A stretch of 64,000 bases of DNA from Lingula anatina (lineage: Eukaryota > Animalia > Brachiopoda), in the NCBI GenBank assembly GCA_051362555.1, contig CM120646.1, positions 124,001-188,000 on the forward strand. The letters are read 5' to 3'. A model generated the notes under the pieces. It was not told the origin of the DNA, made no database searches, and saw only the letters and a program-made list of their open reading frames with translations. The first letter of the stretch is position 1. Every line of letters begins with the position of its first letter. The position numbers and the translations under genes are program-made. Positions 51,480-64,000 of this stretch are shown here, in pieces.

Positions 51480-52318
51480 AAACAAGGCAGCAAAGCTGTC
51501 AAATGTACAGACAAAAAACAGAAAATAATGATGCAAAATAGGTCATTTTGTCAATTTTGATGCAATAATAAATAATGCTTATAATAGCACTGTTAGTCAA
51601 CACTGAATTTTAATCATACACAACAGGTAACATGGTCAATAACAGGAGTGGACCCAGAGATATTTTCTGACAGTATTCCAAAGTATCTTTGTTGATCCAT
51701 CCTCCATTTTGATGGTCTTCCAACAGAAAAAAAATAAATATCGGTCAATATAAACTTAAAAACCCGACCGTCTTCCGAAAGACCCAGAAGATGGTCTCAA
51801 TCCATCCCTTCAATAAGATTACACTTTCAGGACCATGAGAGTTCAAATTCACATGATGAAAGTCCCAATATTTGAAAAATGATGACAGTGCATAAAATAA
51901 TATTTCATAATGTTTAAAGACATAAAAACCAATACAACTGCTTATGTGGAAATACAGAAAATGTGCAGAGCCTCTGGCAGATGGGAGTTAAAAGTCACAA
52001 ATTCCAGTGTTTGAGAAAAAATTAAAAAGGAAAACATAAAAAAACTAGAAAAGCACTCTGAGAGCGCAGACCTCTGCCAAGGCAGCAATTTTTGATAATT
52101 ATTGATTATTGATAGATTACTGACCCGAACCACCACCAAAAACTAATCATTGTCCTCCTTGACCCACTCCTGACAGTTCCTGAAAATTTCATCAAAGCCG
52201 TTCCATAACTTTTTGAGTTATGTTGATGGCAGACAAACAGGGGTGAAAACATAACCTCCTTGGCAGAGGTAAATATAATTCCAATGAAGCTGCTATTCAA
52301 ACTTTTAATCTTTGAGTT

Positions 52319-52379
<61 letters not shown>

Positions 52380-55300
52380 TTATTTGCAATATAAAACAAA
52401 ATTTACCTGCATAATTATCACTGCTTCCTTATTATTAATCTAGCAGAGAGCTTAACCATTGGGAGTTTACAGGGAAATATCAACAAGTGTGCTTTATGGC
52501 CTATTAATTAGGCAAATGACTTTATAACATTATAACTTAGCCTAGTGATACCCAAGGGAAATTTACAGACTGACCCTCTCAAAGGTCTTCAGGCCCATAA
52601 GTCACACCTTAAGAAAAGCAGAAAACAATAATGCACAAAATAGGAGACTATCAATTCTGATACAATAATACATTATGTTTAACTGCACAGTCAACATCAA
52701 ATTTTAATTATGCACAACAGGTAACACCGACGAAAGTAAAAGCATAAGGCTTCGGGCCCATCAGAGTTCAAGTTTATACTTAGAAAGTGCCAGAATGCAT
52801 AAATTTAATAAAAATGATAATCTAATAGAGCTGGTTTTCTAATATGAGCTGTATGTCAATACTAAGAATCATTCTTGTAAGACTAGTTGAAAAAATAGAA
52901 AGTAACAGTTTTCTTTCTATAACATTAATGGGGGCAGTGCACAAAGTAGGTTTTTTGTCAATTTTGATGCAACATTACATAATGATTAACTGTATAAATA
53001 CTACCATGTTTTAAATATCTACTATTAAAAACATGGACATTAAAAAAATGTGATTACCACTGGGCTTCATGCCCAAGGGAGCTCTAAGTCCCACATTGAA
53101 AATTCCAGTATGTGAAAGATAAATATTTTCACAAAAAAACTCTATAACTTCCAGAAAATTAACTAATGAGACAGATTGAAGCCGTATTTCAGTCCTATGT
53201 TTCTTTCCTTTAAGTGTAAAAAGAGCAAGTGACATGGTTTTCCTTTCATAGTCACTACAGAGGCAGTGCCCAAAATAGGTTTTTTTTCAATTTTGATGCA
53301 ATATTACACAATGCTTAACAGCATAATAACCATCAGTTTTTTAATGATAAAATAAAACTATCATGGATATTCACAAAATGTGTCTAGCCCATAGAGTTCA
53401 GACACACTTTCAAAAATCCCAAAATCTAAACAAGAAAAACTAAATTTAAAAGAGTTTATTTCCATTTTCAATACCTTTTTTTTACATAAAAAAATAATCC
53501 ATTTACTGTCATTTTTATATGATCAATTAAAATATGTTGTCAAAGGAAAAATATCAATAGAACAAATTTAAATGTCCAACTTGCTCCATTCTGAGATTCT
53601 TAACTTAGTGAATGATTGAATCTGACGAACTGCATATATGAGTTCCTTTCCATTTTTGATACTTTATTACACAATGCACAATAAAAGGTGTACTGTCATT
53701 TTTATATAATCAACTAACAATATTTTTAAGAAGCAGAAAATGTCAAAACAACACTTTTACATATCTAATTTGTTCCATAATGAGACTGTTAACATGCCTA
53801 AGAATTAAATCTGAAGAAAAACCACTTATATACAAAAAGGCTAATAACTTCATCAAAACTTAACTGATCAAGCTTACTTTCAAACTTGATCTGTATATTA
53901 GTCAGACTGATCACTCCTGTAAGTTTCAAGACAAAAGGCTGATTGGTTTTCCTTAAAATGCGTTATCAGTGTTGCATATATGCTGAATAATGGAAAAAAA
54001 CAGCATAACTTCAAATTTGTAAAAATAGTCCAATCAAGCCAATTTTCGAACTTGACCTGCGTATTATGAATATTCATCAGTTCTGTAAGTTTCAAGCCAA
54101 AAGGTAAAATGGTTTTCCACTTATCGTGTTATCGGTGCCGCATATATGCTGAAAAAAGTGAAAAAACAGCATAAATTCCCTAAAAGTGACCCGATCATGC
54201 TGATTTTCGAACTTGACCTGCGTATTATGAATATTCATCAGTACTGTAAGTTTCAAGCCAAAAGGTAAAATGGTTTTCCACTTATCGTGTTATCGGTGCT
54301 GCACATATGCTGAAAAAAGTGAAAAAACAGCATAAATTCCCTAAAAGTGACCCGATCATGCTGATTTTCGAACTTGACCTGCATATTATGAATATTCATC
54401 AGTTCTGTAAGTTTCAAGCTAAAAGGTAAAACGGTTTTTCACTTATCGTGTTATCGGTGAAAGTGCACGACGGCGACGACGACAGACGCAGGTGACGGCT
54501 ATATGTACAGACACATCTGTGTCTGTACATAATAATAATAAGTAACACAGTTTTCTTTTCATAATGTTTGCAGTAGCAGTGCAAAAAGATTTTTGTCAAT
54601 TTTGATGTAACATTACATAATAAATTATATAATAATTATCACCAATTTTTATGTACAGACACAGATGTGTCTGTACATATTGCCATCACCTGCGTCTGTC
54701 GTCGCCGATGGCGATGGCGATGGCGATGGCGATGCCGATGCCGATGCCGATGCCGGCGCCGTGCACTTTCCTTGTAAACACGATAAGTGGAGGGCAGTTT
54801 TACTTTTTGGCTTTATATTTACAGAGCTGATGAATATTCATAAAACGCAGGTCAAGTTCGAAAATCAGTATGATCGGGCCATTATTGTAGAAGTTATGCT
54901 GTTTTTTCACTTTTCAGCATATTTTTCACATTTCCTCAGATTCAATTCTTAGGCATGTTAACAGTCTCATTATTAAACTAATAAGATACATAAAAGTGTT
55001 TGTTTGACATTTCCTGCATCTTTACAACATTGTTAGTTGATTTTGTAAAAAAGATGGTAAACTTGTTATCATGTATTGTGTAATTAAGTTTCAAAAATAG
55101 AAAAAAACTCATATCATTGCAGTTTGTCAGATTCAATCATTCACTATGTTCAGAATCTCAGAATGGAAGAAATTGGACATTTAACACTGCTCTGTTGATA
55201 TTTTTCCCATCTCATCAATTTTCTTAGTTGATCATATAAAAATGGCAGTAAACTGTTAATTTTGTTTTATGTTAAAAATTGTTAAAAATGGAAAAAAAAA

Positions 55301-58274
55301 CATTTCAGAACAGTGCTGTCTTGTTTACATTTTGGCATTTTCAAGTTGTGACTTTGAAGTTCCATGGGCCTGAAGACCTTTGCTAGTCACATTTTCTGAA
55401 CATCCATGATACTAATATTTTATTATTAAAAATTGATGGTCATTAAGATAAGAGTTTATTCAGCCATTAATATATAAATATAAAATTCATATAAAACGGA
55501 AATTGGACTGCTATTCGGGTTACAAATTATAAATAAATAAATTATAAATTCCATTTTTGTTGTTAAAATTATGCTGTTAAACATTATGTAATATTGCATC
55601 AAAATTTGAAAAAAACCTATTTTGGGCACTGTTCCCATGATGACCATTTAAGAAAAACCATGTCAATTACTGTTCTTAAACAGTACAGTAAATATATATA
55701 GATGTGTCTGTACATATTGACATCACCTGTGTCTGTCGTCGCCGTCATCGCCGTCGCCGTGCACTTTCATTGTAAGCACGATAAGTGGAAGGCAGTTTTA
55801 CTTTTGGGCTTTATATTTACAGAGCTGATGAATATTCATAAAACACAGGTCAAGTTCAAAAATCAGCATGATCGGGCCTTTATTGTAGAAGTTATGCTTT
55901 TTTTTTTCACTTTTCAGCATATATGTAAACATATTTCAAGAAAAACCGATAGGCTTGTTGTCATGAAACTCACAGGAGTAATTGATCTTACTAAAACGCA
56001 AGTCAAGTTCGAAATCGGCATGCAGCCTGAGTTGGAAAAGCAGTCTAATTGGCTTCTTTTTCTGGAAGTTATACATGTTCAAAGTGTGAACTTGAACTCC
56101 CATGGGCCTGAAGCCTTATGCTTGTTACACATTTTACTTACATTGGTATTACCTGTTGAGCATAATTAAAATTTGATGTTAAATTTGCAGTTTAACATAA
56201 TGTACTTTTGCATCAGAATTGACATTAGCCTATTTTGTGCATAGTTATTTCCTGCTTTTTGTCTGTACATTTGACAGCTTTGCTTCCTTGTTTATTATTG
56301 ACTATAAATAGCATGGGCATTTAGAAAATTTGATTACTATTCGGCTTCATGTCCATGGGAGCTCCGAGTCCCACAATGAATATGCCAACACGATAATAAT
56401 GAATTTTTCACTAAAATGTATAACTTCCAGAAAAAGAAGCCAATTAGACTGCTTTTCTAACTCAGGCTGCATTTAAGTCCTGTGTTTCTTTTTTGAAAGT
56501 TTGACAGTCATAAGTAACACGGTTTTCCCATAATGGTCATCATGGCAGCAGCACCAAAAATTGTGTTTTCTTCTATTTTGATGCAACATTACATAATGCT
56601 TAACAGCATAATGACCATCAATTTTTAATAATAATATATACGTATCATGGATTTTCAGAAAATGTGACTAGCATGGGTCTTCAAGCCCGTGGAGGTTCTA
56701 AGTCACACCTTGAAAATGCCAATATGTGAAAAATTAAATTTTCACAAAAAACTGTTTAACTGCCAGAAAAATTTACCAAACAGACTACATTTCCTACTGA
56801 AGCTGTATTTTAGTCCCATGTTTCTTTCCTGTAAGTTTGAGAACAGTAAGTGACATGATTTTCCTTAAGTGCTCATCATGGGAGCAGTGCCCAAAATAGG
56901 GGTTTCTTCAAATTTTAATGTAACATTACATAATGTTTAACAGCATAATGACCATCAATTTTTAATAATAGAATATTAGTAACATGGACATTCAGAAAAT
57001 GTGACAAGCAAAGGTCTTCAGGATCATTGAACTTCAAAGTCACACCTTGAAAATGCCAATATGTAAAAAATTAAATTTTCACAAAAAACTGTTTAACTGC
57101 CAGAAAATATTACCAAACAGACTGCATTGCCTACTGAAGCTGTATTTTAGTCCCATGTTTCTTTCCTGTAAGTTTGAGAACAGTAAGTGACATGATTTTC
57201 CTTAAATGGTCATCATGGGAGCAGTGCCCAAAATAGGGGTTTCTTCAAATTTTGATGCAATATTACATAATGTTTAACAGCATAATGACCATCAATTTTT
57301 AATAATAAAATATTAGTATCATGGATATTCAGAAAATGTGACTAGCAAAGGTCTTCAGGCCCATGGAACTTCAAAGTCACATCTTGAAAATGCCAAAATG
57401 TAAACAAGACAGCACTTTTCTGAAATGGGTTTATTTCCATTTTTAACACTTTTTTAACATAAAACAAAATTAACAGTTTACTGCCATTTTTATATGACCA
57501 ACTAAGAAAATTGATGAGATGGGAAAAATATCAATAGAACAGTATTAAATGTCCAATTTCCTCCATTCTGAGATTCTGAACATAGTGGATGATTGAATCT
57601 GACAAACTGCAATGATATGTGTTTATTTCCATTTTTGACACTTCATTACACAATACAAGATAACAAGTTTACCATCATTTTTATATAATCAACTAACAAT
57701 GTTGTAAAGATGCAGGAAATGTCAAAAAAACACTTTTACATATCTTATTAGTTCAATAATGAGACTATTAACATGCCTAAGAATTGAATCAGAGAAAATG
57801 TGAAAAAAAAGCATAACTTCCCTAAAAATGACCCAATCATGCTGATTTTCGAACTTGACCTGCGTATTATAAATATTCATCAGTTCTGTAAGTTTCAAAC
57901 CAAAAGGTAAAACGGATTTCCACTTATCATGTTTACGGTGTTGCATATATGCTGAAAAAAGTGAAAAAAAAAGCAAAACTTCCCTAAAAATGACCTGATC
58001 ATGCTGATTTTCGAACTTGACCTGCGTATTATACAAATTCATCAGTTCTGTAAGTTTCAAACCAAAAGGTAAAACGGTTTTCCACTTATCGTGTTTACGG
58101 TGTTGCATATATGCTGAAAAAAGTGAAAAAACAGCATAACTTCCCTAAAAATGGCCCGATCATGCTGATTTTCGAACTTGACCTGAATATTATGAATATT
58201 CATCAGTTCTGTAAGTTTCAAGTCAAAACGTAAAACCGTTTTCCACTTATCGTGTTTACGGTAAAAGTGCACGC

Positions 58275-58305
<31 letters not shown>

Positions 58306-58362
58306 GACGACAGACGCAGGTGATGGCTATATGTACAGACACATCTGTGTCTGTACATAAAA
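51480..58362. mobile_element. ~7-kb cluster of nested, direct and inverted copies of the composite HINE-like repeat
   Basis: Terminal hairpin at ~54502-54531, 54650-54679 and 58330-58359; GCCGAT/ACGGCA-type microsatellites; internal ~180-bp and ~350-bp tandem cores; homology to 28542-32500. Confidence 0.7.
52043..52274 (+). mobile_element. Short HINE-like element with subterminal inverted repeats, inserted in an A-run
   Basis: AACTAG...CCTCTGCCAAGG ... CCTTGGCAGAGGTAAA. The homologous empty site (A-run followed by ttccaataaagctg) is at ~30770-30840. Confidence 0.7.
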
Positions 58363-59334
58363 ATAATCAATGAGAGAGTGAAGCCTCAGGGTTAAATGAT
58401 ACTGTTATATGTTCTCAATGTGAAAATGAGAGAAATAAAAATAAATGAGAAATGAGGAGATGGATCGATCCTGTTATACAATCTAGGTATGGTAACCCAA
58501 TATATCTTTATTCAGTTTAGACCAAAACTTGTGATAGTTGAAAACAAATTCCTCACATTTTTAACAAAAATGTTGCTAAGTGTTTTATGGTTAGATGTGA
58601 AGAAATCATATAAGCAATCTTAGCCATGTATCCAATAAACAAAGACAGGTTTCTTTCTAGAGTAGCTGAATGGCGTCTTTTAAATTGAACACGTTCTCAT
58701 GTTTCTTTTCAATAAGCCTCTTGGATTTTTTCAGTTGCGTCTGTAGTATACGTTAATAAACTTTTATTAGCAGTGTTTTTCAAGCATGGAAAATGCAGCT
58801 AACAGTGATTTATTTAAATTATTTTAAGTGATTTTGTTCTTAACACTGGGAAGTCATTGGGCATGAAGGCTGCTGAAATATGCTTACTAGCACTCTCATA
58901 GGTACCTTCTATTGATGTTAGCAAACATTTTTAGAAGATCAATAAATTCATTGAAAGACTTCCTTTTAATTTACCCCAGTTGTAAAGAAATAAAGTATTT
59001 TTATTGAAAAATATTGATGTAAACAGTTGTTTTAAAATGTCCTTTGTGTTGTTTTCTAAGATGTAACAAGATGAGCAAAATGCATAATAGACCAACAAGT
59101 TGGATGCATTTGGTTCTTTTGAAGAGAATGATGGTTAAAAGAAAATCCATGCATTAAAAAAGAGCTTCATGCATAAAAAGATATATCGTTGTTAGCTGTT
59201 TGGGTGAGCAAATTGACAATTACAGGCTTAGAGGAAATTGCTGTAAAGGGAAGTGTAAAAATGAGGTGAAGTGAATTTATTTGTAGGCCATGTAGCTGTA
59301 ATCCTGTTCTACGTGGTGTTCACAAAAATATCCC

Positions 59335-59484
59335 CAGTCCTGATTTTGGAAGCAGGTGTTTGATTACAACCCCCCCCCCCCCCCCAATGTAACTATTAGC
59401 CTACCAGTTGTGTGATAAGTACCTACTAGTAATTAGAGGGGGGCGGGTTGCAATCAAGTCCCTACTTCCCGAAGATAGGACTGA
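59335..59484. mobile_element. Short imperfect palindromic MITE-like element
   Basis: cagtcctgattttggaagcagg...ttgattacaacccc is mirrored by gggttgcaatcaag...cctacttcccgaagataggactg. Confidence 0.5.
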
Positions 59485-59675
59485 AACATTTATGCCAAAA
59501 TTGATCTGAATGCAGCTGTTGAACAGACATTAACAGCTGACAAGTTTTTCTGCATCCTGAGATTATGACTGTTATTATCAGTGTACAGCTAGTACTGTAG
59601 AGCCGTATGTGGATATGTACAGTGATATAGTATCCACAGCTGGTTCATTGACTCCGGAGATCATTCAGGAAATCT

Positions 59676-59718
<43 letters not shown>

Positions 59719-59781
59719 CATATCATTATTAATGCAAGCACTGGTGCATGGGTTCAGAATGGAGCCAAGCCACAAGTACAT

Positions 59782-60350
59782 TATCAGTAATTTATAATAT
59801 GTTAATATAGTAGAAGTAGATGATAGTTCAGATAATTCACTTCATAAGTCTCTCACCATCAAACCATAATATAGATATAATATCAGTAATTAATAAAATG
59901 ATAATATAGTAGAAGTAGATGATAGTTCAGATACTTCACTTCATAAGTCTCTCACCATCAAACCATAATATAGATATAATATCAGTAATTAATAAAATGA
60001 TAATATAGTAGAAGTAGATGATAGTTCAGATAATTCACTTCATAAGTCTCTCACCATCAAACCATAATATAGATATAATATCAGTAATTAATAATATGAT
60101 AATATAGTAGAAGTAGATGATAGTTCAGATAATTCACTTCATAAGTCTCTCACCATCAAACCATAATATAGATATAATATCAGTAATTAATAATATGATA
60201 ATATAGTTGAAGTAGATGATAGTACAGATAATTCACTTCATAAGTCTCTCACCATCAAACCATAATATAGATATAATATCAGTAATTAATAATATGGTAA
60301 TATAGTAGAAGTAGATGATAGTTCAGATACTTCACTTCATTAGTCTCTCA
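59782..60350. repeat. 99-bp minisatellite, ~5.7 copies
   Basis: tcagtaa recurs at 59784, 59883, 59982, 60081, 60180, 60279. Confidence 0.9.
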
Positions 60351-63300
60351 ACCTCAGTAAGAGTTTTTGCAGCCATGATGTAAGCAGCTCTTAGCTTCAT
60401 ACATAGCATAAAACCCAGTCATAAACCTCTGCTTAATTACCATGAAATGAGTTTGTCTAGAATTCTGAATTAATTATAACACAGCTATATATATATATAG
60501 AACCTCTGGCGATGGATGGATGTTTTCTTCTTTAGTTGTGCATTTTTCAGTACTAGTACATTGTTGTGGCTAAAAAGTCAACATTCTATAAATATTTTAG
60601 TCATTGAATGACTTAATTTTCCCCATTTCATTATACCTATTGAAGGCACCTTTTAAAGTGTTAATATGTATTGCAATTACCAGAGTCAAATGTATGGTCA
60701 TAATAAGGTTGGCAGTTCAGTAATTACGTCTCTGAATCATCAGCAGTTATTTGTGTTTCTTCACCACATTAACAAGGCTATCTTCCCTCTTCATATTTCT
60801 TTACAATGTAGACATTTTTTTTTTTTTTGCAAAAAAATAGAAAAGACCTTAGGCTTCCTGTGCATTCTGTTTAATTAATAAAAAAAGATAAGCAATTGCC
60901 AAATATGTGTACATGGTAATTCAGTGGTCTACTCTAATATATTAATAAATATTATTTTAAGAAACCTCAGGCTGTTATTTACCCGAGTCTATAAATGCCC
61001 CCCCCTCTCAGTTCAGTTCATATCTCCTATTATCTGTAGTCCCCCTCCCCTCCCCCCCCCCCCCCCACCCTCCCCCCCCCCCCCCCCCCACCCCAGTTCA
61101 GTTCATATCTCCTGTTATCTGGAGTTGGCAATCTAATGTCAAGTGTATGTTCAAACTGTCATAAAACATGGCCAAGATGAAAGCAGCCACCATGTCAACA
61201 GTCTTAACTATAAAACAGGAACATGACTGATCCCTTGGTGTAATCACACTCCAGTATATGACAGGTAGCTCATGTTGGGTCCAGTTCACATCAGAACTAA
61301 CTTAGGCTAGACATAGACTCTGTGGCATCATCAGACTACCTGGTCACATCAGGTGAGGTTTGACAGTCAGAAGAGGGATGGGGAATACCTGTGTGATCTA
61401 GATGCTTGATGACATCATTTAGTTTTACCCTGATCTAAGTTATTCATGATGTGAACCTGACCAGGTCCTCGCCCTCCCCAGGCCTGTGCTGTGTTGTATT
61501 CAGTACAGATGCCTATCTCCCAGTGTGTGTCACCAGTTGCGTGCGACACGGTGCTCTCCTGCTCCACCGTCCATCTTTAACACTGACCTGAGGGCAGTGG
61601 CACACAGCACTGACCATCTTGGTCATCTTACTGACCCATGTAATGGACACACTAACAGTGGGCTGTGACCAGTAATGTCCAGGTGTGTCCTGTTGTTTGA
61701 CCATTGGGCAGCCAAAACTTGCAGCATATGCCACTTAGCAAAGAGGTACAGTATGGGGTGAGGGGGGAGGGGGGGGGGGGAGGTAAACTAGAAGAAAGGG
61801 GGTATGTATTTGGCTAAGGTAAAGACCTGTATAACAGACAACCCCCCTCTAGAGTACAGTGATATTATCTCATCTTCTCACCTGTGCACGGGTTCATGAT
61901 AATTTGTGTATTTTCTTTCACATTATTAAAATATATTATTCTGCATTGTTGATTTTAGGATTCAATTAAAAAAAAACTCAAAAATGTCCTTTAGGGGTAG
62001 GTGTCATAGTTGTCATAAAGTGTCAATCTGTTGTCCTCTAATCACATCCCTGGTACTAGAGTAGACTGTATATAGAGGGATCATTCCAGCCCTGAACTTG
62101 TGTGGAACTTAATTAACTGTGTATCAAGTATTGGCCTGGTAACAGTAGCAGTAGCATACAATAGAAATTGAGCCATCAACTGGCCTACAGGTAAACAGTG
62201 ACCTTAATATCATTACTCTTCATTCTCCCCTCTGGGTGAAATCAGTATTGTATTCTAATCTTGGCTGTGTTCACATCAAGACTAACTTAGACTGGGTGGT
62301 GACTTATTGACATCACCAGGTGACAAGACTTGCTGTGTTATCTGGTCGTAATCTGGCCTTTGCAGTGTTATACTCACGTGCGTGTTTGTCAGGGCATATA
62401 CACACTTGTACGTATACGCACACATATACACACTTGTATGGAACTTATGCATGTGGGAGTATGCACACACATTCATAAATATAAGCATCTGAAAATTTGA
62501 GAAAGTTCTCTTAGTTACTAGTGAAAACAAAGCATATTTCAGAGGTGCACTTTATTAAATAAATCAAGGTTAAGCTGATGTATTGCCATCAGATTTAGGT
62601 TGAGATCCGTTTCCTTCCTGCTCTGAGGGGCGGATACAGATCCTCAAGTGGAAGACTGATAACCTGGTAGGACTTAAGTTGAACAAATTATAACCATATT
62701 TTCTCTGAGAACCTGTTGTGTTTTCCTGTGGTTTTTGTTCCATTTTATGTGTATTCCCCAGCTTGGCATGGGAGTACATTATAGTATACTTGGTTATTTC
62801 TTATCAAAGCACTGGATCAATGGGTGACTTGATTTAGGCTCTATTGTTTTCATATACACCACATGTGAACAGTCCTATATATATATATAGATATACAGCA
62901 GTGTCATACCAGCACATGCAGGTTAGCTGGTGCCGTGGACTGCCCTTGATTGCACTCTACTCTACCCTGGAGGGAGACAAGCTGGTGTTTAATTATCAGG
63001 TCCTCTGAACCCTTTTGACCTGGTGATAGGAGTCAGCAGAAAGAAAGTGGATTGCTGAACAACAGACAGAAACAGCAACTTAGTAATTTCTTCTTTTGTG
63101 TGTTTTCACTGTTAATGCATTTGATATTTTATGCATGTTTTTTTTTTGTTTGTTTGTTTGTTTGTTTTGTTTTCTTTTTTGTTGAACCCAGTATATGCTT
63201 GATAATATCACTTTATGTATGAATTCTATAATTTTAAGTTGTAGTTTCTATAGGTGTATGAGAGCCATTCCATTACTTAGTGCATGTGTTGTATTTACTC

Positions 63301-64000
63301 TAATATTTTCTCTATCAACTTACTATAATCATTTTAATGATGCAAGCTTAATTTTAATTTCATTTGCTAATCTGCTAATGCATGACATACATGTGTGCTA
63401 TTATTTGTGCATGATATTTCACTTTATTTACGTAGATCTTCGTACGTGCGCAGAAGTTTGCCATGGAAACCTTTGTCAAGGCGTTTGTTAAAGAATAGGT
63501 AAATTAACACATAGATAGATAGTGCATCCACACTGGCCTAACCAGGATTGTAAATTGGTCTAACTTGTGTCATCAGATGACTAGGTTTCAGAAGACTGGA
63601 GTGGATTTGAAATATGTGCCCAGCTTTGTGAAGCATTAACTTGTTCACAGCTTTTTGCCTAAGCTTTGTTTGCAATCTCTCTGCTGGTTACTAAAACTCT
63701 GATGGCACAAGTTCTGACAGTGGTTCAGTCGTGACCAGTCCTGTGTGTTTACACAAAAGAGATATTCCAGGTAGTCAGACTCTGACTGCCAAACAAGACC
63801 TCAGCAAGTCTTGAAGGAAGAAGATGACTATGTACATTAGTCCACTATAACGCCAGTTAGACTGTGTGGTCGGTCTGGTATATCTCTTCAGTGAACACAC
63901 CTTTGCTTGCTCATCTACTTCAGATATAAGGTGGAGGGGATATTGATTGCAACAAATCTTGGTTGGCACACAGCATGTGGCCCAGCAATAAACAATGGTC

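Noticed and set aside
54665-58272. Recurrent ORFs with KHDKWK...QVKFENQHD (also 28870-30045)
   Set aside because: Translations of the non-autonomous repeat core, with variable frameshifts and stops between copies and no transposase motifs.

Overview
AT-rich, intron-rich animal genomic DNA. The repeat repertoire suggests a mollusc or other lophotrochozoan (inference). Two conserved genes converge tail-to-tail: TBC1D5 (+, CDS ~7367-21516, 19-20 coding exons, ~817 aa) and POFUT2 (-, CDS 47946-24691, 9 coding exon positions, ~451 aa). I reconstructed both by hand with consistent GT-AG phases. Main points: (1) POFUT2 exon 5 exists as three divergent, intact tandem copies whose phases allow only one per mRNA. 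(2) The TBC1D5 exon carrying the catalytic glutamine finger exists as two such copies. (3) Seven TBC1D5 exon/intron junctions are amplified into minisatellite arrays of repeated splice sites, always extending into the intron. (4) The ~16-kb POFUT2 intron 7 hosts two antisense two-exon paralogues encoding small proteins with an N-myristoylation motif, an RxxSxP motif and a C-terminal RHIM-like motif. The rest is MITEs (several with 5-bp TSDs), Helentron/HINE-like composite repeats, a Tc1/mariner relic, minisatellites and probable bidirectional promoters at both gene 5' ends. Most ORFs in the supplied track are repeat artefacts.
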